Position numbers and translations under genes: made by a program. Positions 38,099 to 51,861 of a stretch of 64,000 nt of DNA are shown here, piece by piece (positions within the stretch are counted from its first letter, which is position 1; each line of letters opens with the position of its first letter). Source of the DNA: Amoebidium appalachense (Eukaryota > Protista > Ichthyosporea); the NCBI GenBank assembly GCA_963693365.1, contig CAVNZM010000008.1:3129572-3193571 (forward strand), read 5' to 3'. Under the pieces are notes generated by a model. It made no database searches, had not been told where the DNA came from, and was given only the letters and a program-made list of their open reading frames with translations.

Positions 38099-38439
38099 GT
38101 TTACGTTGTGTGTATTGTCCAAGAATAAGGGATCTTGTGAAGCACGGTAGATGTGGTGAAGCACGGTAGATGTGGTGGCTGTATGTGTGTGCGAGAAGAT
38201 GGTGTTGTGGGCTTGAACGGAACTCTATGTGAAAATAAAAACTCTAAGAAACTATAATACCTTTTTATCTTTGCTACACATCACATCACGGGAAGTTTAG
38301 AAACTAAGAACAGACTACAAAATTGACACGCTTGAAGTTTGCTGCCTCGTTTTGCCAATGTAAGTTTTATGTCGTAGACTCGTAGTGCGCGCTGGCGCCG
38401 CTGATTGGTTTATTCATGAACAATAGGAATTGTTGATTC

Positions 38440-38950
38440 GATAAGTGTCATGCAACACCAATGGCATAAAAAAGAACATCCACTATCCAGATATTCACGA
38501 TCGAGATGGCTTCTATCACAGCATTGCAGAAACTCTCTTTGCAACCACAAAATATTTCCTCAAATATAATTGTATTCGGGTAAGACATTACATAGTAACT
38601 TTTCTTCTATCAGCACTTTCTGGACTGAGAAGGTTGAAACGGTTGGGGTTGCGAACTTTGATAGTAGTACATAACTTCACTGTGCCGGGCCCGGCGCCAA
38701 ACCCGATTGGGCCATTGAAAATGGATGGATGATGGTCGGAATGTGCTTAAACGCGATTTGATTCGCTTAACGTCTGCTTTGTTCTCGTTGTGGAATGTAA
38801 ACAAATACTTGACAGTCAGTGATGAACGATGGTATGCGTGACGTCACACAACAGAACAGACTTCAACAGAGGACAGCTGTGTGTGTGAAAGCACAAAGAG
38901 TTTTCACGAACGCTGGCTAGCCTGATTGAAAGCTGGCGGGGATAAAAAAA
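38440..38950 (+). mobile_element. Possible highly degraded Tc1/mariner transposase remnant
   Basis: GPGAKPDWAIENGW (about 38687-38730) resembles SPDLNPIENxW; with one frameshift, SRTLASLIE-AGG near 38905-38940 resembles MPRRLxAVIxAxGG. Confidence 0.3.
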
Positions 38951-39434
38951 CGTTTTCTACAAACCCCCGACAGCCTGCCACCTGCCTGTGCAAAGATTAT
39001 AACATGTGAGCAGCTCATGTGAGCCGAATATTTGACAAACAAGGCGTCCATATTCATAATAATCACGGACAATGCAATTGGCCTGATGTTATCTTGTAGA
39101 TGTAGTACTGCGATCGGATAGCTATTACATGCGCCTTTTTATGGACGAGCTTTGTATGTGTTTTTTTCTTTTTATGTCTGTCACCTAATGGTATCAAACT
39201 TGAGTTTAAGGCTGTTTGAGTGTGGCCGTTTGCGCGGGCATGTGTGACTGCCACGGATTGCGTTAGTGTGCAGGTATATATGGCAGTGTGCGTTTGGTAC
39301 TGCCTGCATGTCAAATGTGTGTGTCTGTGCATGTATGTGTGTTTTTGTGTTCGTCACGGCGTGTGTGTATGGCGTTTGTAATAATGTGTGTGCCACAGGT
39401 AGACAATGCACATACACATGTGTGTGTGTATACG

Positions 39435-39524
<90 letters not shown>

Positions 39525-39941
39525 ATGTGTGTGTGTCTGTGCGTGTGCGTGTCAGTGTGTGTGCGTGCACATATGCGTGCGTGAGCGAGTGTGTGTGTGA
39601 GTGTGAGTGTGTGCGCGCTTGTGTTTCTGTTTCAAACTTTTGTGTAACAGTGTGCTTCGCAGTACGTCTGGACATACACACACCATGCTTGGGAACTATT
39701 ATGTGTGCGTGTGAACACATGTGTGTTGTGTGTGTGTAGCGTACAGGGGTGCGCACACGTCCGAGGTCGGTTTACTCAGCCACCTTAAGTATTATTATGA
39801 ATGTCCAGCGAAATCTGGCGGGGCTCGGTCTGTACTGTAGGGAGGTTGATAATAGGCGGTCCGCGGGGCCGGTACACACTCAAATACACCGGTACTCAAT
39901 TAGAAAGGTTAACAACAAAACTACACACAAACACACACACC

Positions 39942-39979
<38 letters not shown>

Positions 39980-40038
39980 CGCACACACACTCACACACCA
40001 CACACACACACACACACACACCGTGGGCCACAAACACA

Positions 40039-40086
<48 letters not shown>

Positions 40087-40479
40087 CACACGGACACACG
40101 GACACGAACACATACTAAACTCACACGTGAATTGCAACCGGCGGCTAAACTGTGTGAGTGCCCGTTACGGCAGGCCGGAATCGAGTGGAGAAGGGGGGAG
40201 GGGGGAGGGGGGGGAGGGGGGGGGGGCACACTGACACGTGTGAACGTCGATCCACAGTTGGTTTTTGCAGTGGAGATATGCCCTTCAGAGCTGAAGTGCG
40301 ATAGAATGTAGGATATCGATCACACCCGGGCCGGATGTCATTATTAGCCTAATAATACTTGCTCATTTTTTGTAAGTTAAAAAGGCGAAGGGATTCATTT
40401 CGGAACGAAAATGTGCGAATCCCTCCAAAGTTCCACCCCATGCTTTAATCCAGGTTTCTCCAGCTACTAGAATCTTTCT

Positions 40480-40574
40480 CTAAGGGACCCTTGATTTTGA
40501 AACGGGAAGGAGGGTAGTAGTAACTTTGGGTGGGTGGGTGGTGGTGGTGGTGGTGGTGGTGGTGGTGGGTGTGC

Positions 40575-40608
<34 letters not shown>

Positions 40609-40884
40609 GGTTCCGCGCGGGGGGAGGGGGGAGGGGGGGGAGGGGGGGACCCATCCACCCCACAGGATGGCATGATGGCTACATTATTCAAGATCATTGA
40701 ATGACCTGATAATATATTAGTGCTATGATTTTGCAGCGGTTTACACATCGCGCCATATTACTCCCAATCATTTTAAAACCGTAACTAATAAAGGTTACCT
40801 GGGACTCCCCAATCACGTCATGAACTCAGGCTACACCCTCTGGTCATATGCTCGACCCCCCCCCCCCCCCCCCCCCCCCCCCTT

Positions 40885-40915
<31 letters not shown>

Positions 40916-41215
40916 CCCAAGGGCCTCCCCCTCCCCCCCCGGCCCTCCCTCAGGTTCGCGGGTGTGGGCGGGACTTGTCTCCCATTGCGCGCGCACACAG
41001 GCACACGCTTTCACATGTGTTTAATTCACATGTACCGATATGATGCACACGCATGTATCACTCATACACACACACGAGCCGCACAAAACCAGGGACACGT
41101 ACATTAAGGTGAACGTGCAGAAATTTGATATATACTCACCCACACCACACTGCACGTGCACATATGTATATTCCCCGCCACACAGACAAGCACACAAACA
41201 CTGCAAGGTGTGCAC
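40480..41215 (+). repeat. Dispersed repeat family B, copy 3
   Basis: Colinear with copy 1 (ggacccatccacccc, gcagcggttt, gaactcaggctacacc, acactgcaaggtg). Confidence 0.75.
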
Positions 41216-41665
41216 GATTAGATGACCCATAGTTTAGTAATAGTTTACTGTAACAAATACAAACGCTTCAGTTAGGTAGAAAAGAGATGTTTAAATTTGG
41301 CGGGGGGAGGGGGGGGGGAGGGGGGGGAGGGGAGGGGAGGTACCACCCCATGGGCGTCGATATTTACTACATTCCCAACCTCCCTCCCCATTCGTATTAA
41401 AAAATCCAGAGTAACACCACCTGCGGGACCTCCTCCCCCCAACCTTTCACTCCTGATTTCTTCCTTTCTTCGAAGACTAGGCCTTATTGCCTCGCCCTAA
41501 AATTCTGAAATTCTCCCTTCTTTCGTTTTTCACTGCTTGTTTACAAAAAACAACCGTAAGGCCTTAAACTGCGACCCCCCCCCCCCCCCCCCCCCCCCCT
41601 CACACCCAAAAACATGCACAAAAAGTCACTGGCTTAGTCGTCGATACAGGTGTATTGGATGCCAA

Positions 41666-41702
<37 letters not shown>

Positions 41703-41819
41703 CCGGGGATGGGCACTCTTTCCGTGATAGCCACTATGATACTCTTCCTGCATATATGCAATACCAGTGCGCATCCGAATACACGTGTTCTTTTGTACTG
41801 CATGTAGTGCGTCATTAGC

Positions 41820-42093
41820 GCCCTCCCCCTTCATATCTACCCCACCACTACCACATCTGTAGACCCTACTACAATCGTCCATATCTCCCAGTGCGGCACC
41901 GGGATCCCCCCTACCCATTCCGAACCAATATATTTCGTGAGTCGAATTCGAAGCCGTTACCATGGCACAGTCTCACAACTCCTTCCTGAACAGAATCTCC
42001 CTTTTCCCCCTTTTGTCTATTCACCTAACCTTTTGAGATGTTCTCCAATCGCCTGCTTCTCTACCCCTCCACGCTCAGCCTCTTCTGCCGTAG

Positions 42094-42146
<53 letters not shown>

Positions 42147-42217
42147 AGAGTACATCAGAGTTTCCCTCCTTCTCTCTCTCTCTAACTCTCCGTCTCTCTC
42201 TCCTTCCCCCCCCCCCC

Positions 42218-42258
<41 letters not shown>

Positions 42259-43179
42259 ATATCCCTCTCCCTCTCCCTCTCCTTCTACCCCCCCCCCCCT
42301 CATCTGTCCTTCTCCCTCTCCCTCTCTCTTCCCTCCACTATCTCTCTATCTCTTCCCCCCCCTCCCCAGTCTTCCTCACCCTCTCACTCTCCTCTTCCGC
42401 CCCCTTCTCCTCTTTCTCTTTTCCTTTCCCCGTCTCTTTTCGTCACCATCTCTCTCTCTCTCCCCCCGACCCCCACCCCTCTCCCCCCTTCCCCCCCCAC
42501 CCCTCCCGGAAAAAACCAAAAAGAATGAATGTATGCACCAGTGAGATCAAAGTACCACGTCTGCACTTATTCACACATAGCCAACCAGCTCTCAGTTTGG
42601 GCCATCGGTTAAACGGCTTGGGCCAATTTTCTTCCTGACTGGGTATGCATATACCCCCGCCCCCCCCATTCTCCGCTTCCCCCTAGCCCCCCCCCCCCCC
42701 CCCCCCCCCCACACATGCCCCCACGCCCCACCCCCCCAAACACACGTACACCCACACACACCAACCCCCCCTTCATCAAGCCCCTCCCCCTCAGAATCTG
42801 ATGCAGATTCCCCTCATTTGAATTGTAAAAAGTAAACTCCACCATCAACTCTCAGATGATTGCACATGTATACCTGCCAATCCTCGGTCCCTTTTAGGCT
42901 CTCTTAAGGCTTCCTGTCACTTTGTGCGAGCCGTGACCCCCCCCCCCCCCCCTCCCCTCCTCCCCCCCCCCCCCCCCCCTCCCTCCCCCCCCGAGCCCCT
43001 CCCATCTTTTCCCCCCTTCACCTCCCCCCCCCCTCCCCCTCCTCCTCCCCCCGCCTCCCCCTTAAACCCCCCCCCCCCCCCCCCCTCCCCCTCCCTTCCC
43101 CCTCCCCCTTCGTCACATCAGGTCGGAGTGGACCTCGGGATCCGGAGGGCATTGTGGGAGGAGGACAGGGGTGCACTGA

Positions 43180-43218
<39 letters not shown>

Positions 43219-43235
43219 TTTTTTTTTTTGGGGGT

Positions 43236-43276
<41 letters not shown>

Positions 43277-43620
43277 GGGGGGGGAGGGAGGGGGGGGGGG
43301 GGGGGGGGGGTCGTGTGGGTCTCGGGTCTCAAGGTTCTTATCTAGAATGGCCATGGGTGCCGGTGAGGTAGGTGAACGTTCGTGTTCGGAGGGAATTTTT
43401 AAACTGTTCATTTTATAAAAATAAACTGCACAGCTTTAATTCCCTCTTGGCACGATAGCCTTTTAAACCATGCATCGCCGTGTATGACTCAGGATCACCA
43501 AAGCCTTCACCAGGGATATAAGTATACACTCTCATTCTGACTCCGTCGAGCACTGCAAACCGAACCTCACCACGAGCACTCTACAAAAATTCTCTAGCCC
43601 AATAAAATTACCTACTTAAC
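41820..43620 (-). mobile_element. Possible decayed Ty1/copia pol remnant fragmented by poly-C/G tracts
   Basis: Minus-strand GYMHTQSG...AV*PMAQTESW...WYFDLTGAYIHS (42655-42521) parallels copia RT GxTQxxG...APVARxES...DVxxAFLxG. Upstream pieces FTFYNSNEGNLH and VYTYIP...KGYR occur in the copia order. Confidence 0.35.
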
Positions 43621-43718
43621 CGTGAATATGCACACATCGTCCCACAATATATGTATACATGTATATACGCACTCACACCAAGTCTGGTCATGGGTAGACA
43701 CGCTTAATTTCCAGCTGA

Positions 43719-44135
43719 TCACGACCATATGCGCGTCTGGTTCCCACCACGACTGCGCATGCTAGCGCTCTCACAATCATGATCACCAGAGTCCACACTG
43801 ACTTCCGACTTGAACTTGCAATCCGCCAATAACCCAGATTCACCATGATAAACACCTGCACAGGCCATAAACCGGACATTGTTGCAGGGAGACCCATCAA
43901 TTCCGGCCATGTCGCAGGAAGACGCGGTTTTACCACACAGAACAGGCTCATACTTAGTGTCGTCAGCGCAGAAATACTGGTCGATTTTGTTGTTGTTTTT
44001 CGATGGCTTTGTCGCAGCATAGCATGGCCTGCAGCTGAGGTTTGGAGATAGACATTGCGAATATGGCGGTCTTGGGGGTGCACTGACTCAAGAGTTTTTC
44101 CGCGTTGCCCAGTTGACACTCCATCGTATGAACCT

Positions 44136-44220
<85 letters not shown>

Positions 44221-44533
44221 TATACACGGTTCACCATCGATACCAAACATGTCGCAGGAGCCAGCTGTAGCGTCCAGACCACACAGCTCCAACTCGTCGT
44301 AATCACCACAGCAGTTAGCCTCCACCTTGGAAATAGAAGTACTGCTTGCACCAACGTTAACTGCTCCTTGCTTGGAATAAACACGGTGTAGTCCCTGTGT
44401 GCGCCACTGCTCCGGTTGGCGCGATTCGTAGGATTCTTGACGTTGGTAGGGTGCAAACCCAGGCCTGGGCCTGGCCTCGGTACCCGGGTGAGGCAAGGGC
44501 TACCACGCCCACAAAGAGCACAGAAAGAAGCAT
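43719..44533 (-). pseudogene. Frameshifted secreted Cys-rich protein with two internal repeats
   Basis: Signal-like MLLSVLFVGVVALAS; repeats LCGLDATAGSCDMFGIDGEPC...CGGSY and LCGKTASSCDMAGIDGSPC...CAGVY lie in different frames. Confidence 0.6.
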
Positions 44534-45349
44534 GTTTGATAAGCCTTTGTTTTGCTGCGAGAATATGAGAATGGAAGTGTGTAAAGAAAGAAATCTGTGC
44601 ATTGTAACTGAGCTTCAGAGCGCTTTGGTGGGGTGTTTTATCATTTTCGGCGCGGAGATTACGTTCATAAGACAAGTGTGAAAGTACACAGTCACCATCA
44701 ATACCGTCAACCGCAACACGATTTCGGGATAGATTGCGAGGCTGAATTCATGTGGCTGTCGACGGGCTATAGCGCTAGGCGTATACGTACCGTCCGGCAT
44801 TAGTGCTGTCCTATATTGAAAAACAAAATGAGAGGGCCTGTATGGCGGGAACTAATAGCACAAATATGTAGCATATTTTTGGCCAACAACGTCATTATCG
44901 AGCACGTTCATATCATCCTCAAAGATCGCCGAGTGACGATTTTTTGTTTATGTCGGCGAAGAATGCAGGTAACGAATGATTGGTTGGCTCGGAACGCATC
45001 AGCAGCAATGCATTAATGCATGACGGATGACGACCCGGACACGTGCGCGCTCGGCCGTGGCCACTCCTCAAGGTGACAGAAAAGACAGGTGTCACACATG
45101 CACATAAGGCTGACAGACAAAACAACAAAAATGTGCACTATGATCACACACACGCACGCAAAAACACGCCGCAAACACACACACCCAAACACCCAAACAC
45201 GCACATGCGCAGACACACGTGCGCAAAATTGCACACACAAACACACGTACGAGAGAGAGAGAGAAACAGAAGGGGGGGGGGGGGGGGGGAGGGAGAGAGG
45301 GATTGAGTATATGTGCCGCAATATCCGTCCGGCTTTGACGGGGGAGAGG

Positions 45350-45450
<101 letters not shown>

Positions 45451-46013
45451 CGAATTTGAGCATTTAAACTGTATTCATTCAGTATACAGTGAATTTTTGT
45501 ATTCTCCCTTTAAAATTGCACCAACTGCTGGGACAGATGTCACAGATACTATTAAGCTAAAGACATTTTTTTTTATAACCAAGCTCTGACGAGCGGGGGA
45601 GGAGGAAGAGGAGGAGAAGGAGGAGGAGGGGGGGGGGAGGGGTGGGGATCTTTACGCATAATATTAATTTAAAACAGGATTCCACGCTGACTTGTATTAT
45701 ATCATTAATTACATTTCTGTGAATTTTTTAAGCTTTCTTAACTTCTCCCACGCAATATAACCGTTGCTTACATGTTTATCATCACGATGCCACATACCCA
45801 TGATATGCAGTGCATGTAACACCAAAAAAAGCATTTTTAATTTTTTAACACTACTTTCTTTCTTTTTTTTTTTTTTGGAAAACCCCCCCAAAATCTTTTT
45901 AAGCGTATGTACAAGGGATATGGAGACACAAACTGGCAGTAAAAGCCCCCTTCAAAAAATCAGGAATTTGCACGCAGGGCCCTTCCCTTCACCACAAATG
46001 GCACCACACCCCA

Positions 46014-46663
46014 TCATATCTGCATTACATCACTATCAGCACCCTCTTTCGCCGCCACACCCTCCCCCCTCTCCCCCTTTTCCCCCTCCCCCTCCCCCTG
46101 TACCATTTTTTTCTTCTGATGTCTCTTTCTGTTTCCAGCGTTCTTTCTCTGCACATCCCCATCCAACAACATCCCCTCCCCACCGTCCCCACCGTCCCCG
46201 CACGCCATTTCAACATCTTTATCTTTTGTCAGCTTTTGCTTTACCCCATTTTCATTCTTCTGTTTCGCTGCATTTTGGACATCCGGACCGACAGGTTTTG
46301 GTTTTGGTGGCCTTCTAGGAGCTTGGTAGCTGGATTGTGTTCTTGGTCTGAACCTGCCAGCTTTTCCCCTGCCTCCAAACGTGATTTCGGCCGGGATTCT
46401 CATTGTGCGCATGCTCTGTGTCAGCTGTTCGATGTCCATACTGTCCCCTTGGCTGGGATGCGGCGCCGACGGTGTTCCTGTGCACATGCCCATTTCGTAA
46501 ACTTTTCAAAAGAAATATATATAAAAAAAAAAAACTTGGCCCCCCCCCCCCCCCCCCCCCCTCCCCCCCCCCCAACACACACACACATTTGGGCTTAGAT
46601 TTATCGTACACACATACTGTCCTAGAATATAAGAGTTCACCCCAAAGGGCCCGTTGTGTGTGT

Positions 46664-46733
<70 letters not shown>

Positions 46734-46852
46734 TGTGTGGGCGTATGTGTGTGTGTGCGTGCACGTATGTGTGCATGAGCGAGTTTCTCCCCCCCCCCCC
46801 CCCCCCTCTCTCTCTGTGTGTGTGTCTGTGTGTGTGTGCACGCGGTGTGTGT

Positions 46853-46914
<62 letters not shown>

Positions 46915-47635
46915 ATGAGCGCATGTGCGTATGCGTGTCTGTGTGCGTGTGTGTGTGTGTGCACGCGCGAGTCTCTCTCTCTCTCTCTCCCCCCCCCCTC
47001 TCTGCGTGTGTATGTGTGTGTCCATGAGAGTGTCTGCGCGCGCGCGCGTGTGTATGTGTGCGCGCGAGAGCATCTATGTGTGTGGATGTGTGTGTGTGTG
47101 TGCATGCATGGGTGTGCATCCAAACATTCTTTTTGCATGATTACTAGTGGCTTGGGGGGGGGGGAGGGGGAGGGGAGAGGGGTAGGGGGTACCCACCCAT
47201 TGTTCCAAGGTTTTCAGGTGCTGTCTGCGCCTGTGCTTGCTGCTGGTCGTTTCCTTTTGGCTGTTGGTTGTCCCCTTGTGACTGTGCCAATGGCTTTGTC
47301 GGCTTCTTGGGTTTTCGCCTGAAACGAAAAAAAGGAGAGGGAACGATGAGCAATCGGTGGCAGCCATTCATGCACACAATTAAGTTCTTGACATGCCGCA
47401 ACTGCACCAGGACGTGAAAGGTGGAAGACGTTTGGGTGCCCAGGCCATAATGGAGGGGAGGGGAGGGTGGGTAGGAGAGGGGGGGAGAGAGGGAGAGGGA
47501 GAAAGAGGGAGGGGAGAAGGGAGGGATAGACAGGGGCGCCAGGTGTGTGTGTGGGAGGGGGGGGGGGATGGGGACGAGGGGTTAGAGGTGTAGGGCCGAG
47601 GAAAGGGAGAGTTGGGGGTGGGTGGGTGGGTGAGT

Positions 47636-47673
<38 letters not shown>

Positions 47674-48622
47674 GGGGGGGGGAGGGATGGAGGGGGAGGG
47701 GGGGAGTTTCTTACTTTCTTCGGAGAAATGCCTGAGAGGCTATCTGCGGCGGAAATTTGTGCATATCCACCATGTGCTTGGCCCGTAATTTGGGGGTGGC
47801 AAATTTCTGGCCACAGCTTTCGAGATAGCATTCATACTGTTGGGTTGAATATTCGTAAGTTAGATATCCGCAAGTTGGATATATAAGTTGGATATACATA
47901 TATACATTAGTTAGATATAAGTAAGTTGGATATAAGAAAGTTACAGTGAAAGCACTAATATGGCGTGGTTGAGATACACCGAAAAAAAAAAGAGAACACT
48001 CACACTCTTGGTTTGGACATACGTAATACACCACCATGTTACTCGTCTAAATGTAGCCAGGACAAACGGCAATATGTGGGATAGCACTCATACGGTTCGT
48101 TTGTATACACATGAGTTACAAGTTTAAGGCTCATATATGTTGTGACACACACAGGAAGAGGCAGTGTCCAGAATTTTGGCTTAAATATAAATAAGCTACA
48201 ACAGCAGCCTTGACATATGACGTGAATATGATGAACCACAACCACGACACACACACAGAGAGAGAGCGAGCGCGCGAAAGTTACTAACACGTAAGGACAT
48301 ACACACAAGGGTGCTTGTGATCCTTCACAAAAACATTCCCTTGTACACTTGCGACCATCAGAATAGCAGGGCGGAGATGCGGCGGGGGAGGGGGAGGGGG
48401 GAGGGGGGAGGGGGGAAAGGGGACGGGAAAGAAGCCGTTGTGTGGAGGCGTGAACGAAAACAGTCCAGCAGGAATTTTTTTGTGTGCGTACATACGGTGT
48501 GCGTGCACTTGCCGGGTGGTGGGTTGGGTCAAATCGGGCTAAGTTGACTTGTGATGTGTTGCTTCATTTTGTGTTTTGTTGGGTTGTGTTGGAGTGGGTG
48601 GTTGGGTGGATTTGGCATGCAC

Positions 48623-48668
<46 letters not shown>

Positions 48669-49680
48669 TCGGGATACACATTAGAGGATTGGAAATGTAT
48701 TATTATACGTCAGAGGACAAAACATAAAGACGCCATAACAACAACCCCCCCCCCCCCCCCAATAGAACTATTAAATGTAACACAAAAAAAAGAACGTGCA
48801 GGCACAGAATACATGGGGGGAAGGGGGGAGGGAGGAAGCATACCATTGGTTGCTTATCAGCCATGACCTTGAACAGTGTGTCGTGTATCTCGAGCAGGTG
48901 GAGGTCCAGATAGCGGTGGGAGGGCAGCACAAGCATGCACTGCGAGCACACGTGCCGGTGTAGACTAGAGGGGGGAAAAAACAACACAAGAAAAAAACAT
49001 GCGGTGTTAGAAAGTAAAGGAATTGTGGATGAAAGGTGCAGGAATCGTTCGTGCATATTTTCAACGGTATTAGATGAAAGCGTTGTCATGTAAGAGAAAT
49101 ATCGGCCCAAACGATTTCTGGCTCAATTTCTCAAGCTAAAGTTGCAGCTGGCCTGTTACTGCGAAAGGGAATACATAAGGACATATGAAGGAGTCTTGCT
49201 CTCAAATACTCATATCAAAAAGTTGTACATGTCATGTAGAGGTCGGAGGAATCCCAGCACCCCCCCCCCCCCCCCAAAAAAAAAAGGCCCCCAACCCCTT
49301 CCCCCCACGCGTCTTCCCACCTTTCCTGACTGATTGAGTCAACTACGCAACAAACACTTCTATGTTCGTTTCTGTCTCTTCATCTGCATCCTACTCCCAT
49401 AACTTACACCTTCTTCACCACTCATTCTCACTCTTGATCAGGGCCTCTCTCTGCCCACCCCACCACCACCATCACCAACACACACACACCCACCCCACCA
49501 CCAGCACACACACGTGCACGCACAGCCAATCTCCTCCTCACTACATGCGTTTACAAACATTCGGTCGTTTAATTTGCACACATACTCCGACTGGTAAAAA
49601 TCACATCTAGTCCCTCCCTCCCTCCCCCCCCCCCCCCCCCCTACCCCCAGGAAAAAAAAAAAAAAGAAGGAAAAACAGGT

Positions 49681-49722
<42 letters not shown>

Positions 49723-49723
49723 T

Positions 49724-49754
<31 letters not shown>

Positions 49755-50263
49755 GGGGGAGGGGGGTAAATACCTCTCGTAGTGGGCCTCATAGGCAGAT
49801 GTGGAGTCGAACCATTTGCCACAATTGTCCCAGAGACACCGGAACTGCCTGGCCGGAGAACAGCATAAAAACTCAGAAACTGCTAATTCCAAATCGCACA
49901 CAACTCATTCGATCTGCACAGACTGCCCCATCTTGAATGAATAACCCCCCCCCCCCCCCCCCCCCCACAGGTCCTTCGGGGGTAACCCCTCTCCAAGCAA
50001 TCGGGGGGGAGGGGAGGGGGGGGGGGGGGGGGTGAACACAAACAAATTTGCATGATCATCTTACAACGACATAGTAAAGACCCCTGCAACTCCACCTCAA
50101 GTCCAACCATGGAGGTTGACTTTGGGAATGTGCACAAATGCACAGCAGATCCCCCCCCCCCCCCCCCCCCCCCACCCACCCACACAACTCCCCTCCTGCC
50201 TCGACACATACATCCGTCCTACGCACACACACACCCACGCACACACGCACATGCGCGAGCGCG

Positions 50264-50297
<34 letters not shown>

Positions 50298-51189
50298 TCG
50301 ACGACGACGATGCGACACAGGCAGGCAGGCATGCATGCAGGCGGGAGGGAATGTGTGTGTGTACACACACGTGCGTGCGTGCGTGCGGGAACGCCTGCAC
50401 ACACACATACACGTACACACACAGAGAGACACTCACACACCACAAACGCACACAAAACCAAACACAAACAAAATGTTGTCGGGGACACATACCCGACATT
50501 CTGACTGACCGGGCCCTCGGTAGGAACAAACTCCACAGCCAGCTGCTTGAAGAATAACTCCCGCTCTTCGTTGCCTTCCTATAAGCAACCATAGGGTTAG
50601 GCACTGGTGCACAATCTACCGTTGTCTAACATGTTTGAAATAAGAATGAAAAACAATAACAAAAAAAACATAAAAATTACAACCAAAACTGGCATTTTTG
50701 TTGAGTGGTGATGACACTGGTGTGACACTCTGTAGGTGCGAGAAAAATAGAAGGAGAAGATGTGTACAAGGAGCCAGATTACATCGTGGCTAGCGCAGGT
50801 AAACGAGACCATTCCATTCCATGAACGTACTAACAATAACAAAGACCAACAGTAAGTGCACATCAAAGAAACTAATATTAGGTTTAACGACTAAACAAGA
50901 CTAGATTATTATAAACATGAGACTAGCAACTAGCATGTGCAAACGAGAGCCCATCCCAACCCAATACATCAAAACTCCTTATAATGGGTGCCCACAAAAA
51001 GGTTGAAGAGGCTAAACGGCAAGCATATTGTACACAAATGAAGAGAAGAATCTGCCGGGCCACATGTTCCGCATAGATAAAAAAGAAAACCAGAAATATC
51101 CCCAAGAAACACAACTCACACAAACTTCGGAAACATTTCTTGTATAAATGAAACACGATAACCACTCCCTCCCTACCTCCCTCCCTCCC

Positions 51190-51231
<42 letters not shown>

Positions 51232-51279
51232 TCTCCCCTTGCCCCAAACAGACAAACAAACAAACAAACAAACAAACAA

Positions 51280-51310
<31 letters not shown>

Positions 51311-51396
51311 GAAAAAAAAAGAAAAAATAATAATAATAACGCATTCTCTCACCCTCCATGCATAAAAGTGTGTAGTACACAGAACAAGGTTCTGCA

Positions 51397-51430
<34 letters not shown>

Positions 51431-51474
51431 TCCGGACACACACACACATACGCACACGCACATACGCCGGCGTG

Positions 51475-51519
<45 letters not shown>

Positions 51520-51818
51520 CCAAGAAAAAATAAAATAAATAAGAAAAATAAAAATAAAAACAATCAATAAAAATCAACAACACGATCATACCAATTCTAT
51601 GACACTTAAAAAAAAAATAGGAACATGGTGTTTTGAAGGTATCTAATGTTTCTTGATGGCCCAATACACACCCACTACTGGAGAAGAGAACCTCACAAAG
51701 AAAAGATAAGATGACCCTACCAAAATGACTGTGTGTATTTGGCATGCATGTGTGCATTATAGGCTCAAAAAAGCATGCAAGGAGGGCGCAGGTTCTGCTG
51801 TGTATCTTCCCTGTCTAT

Positions 51819-51861
<43 letters not shown>

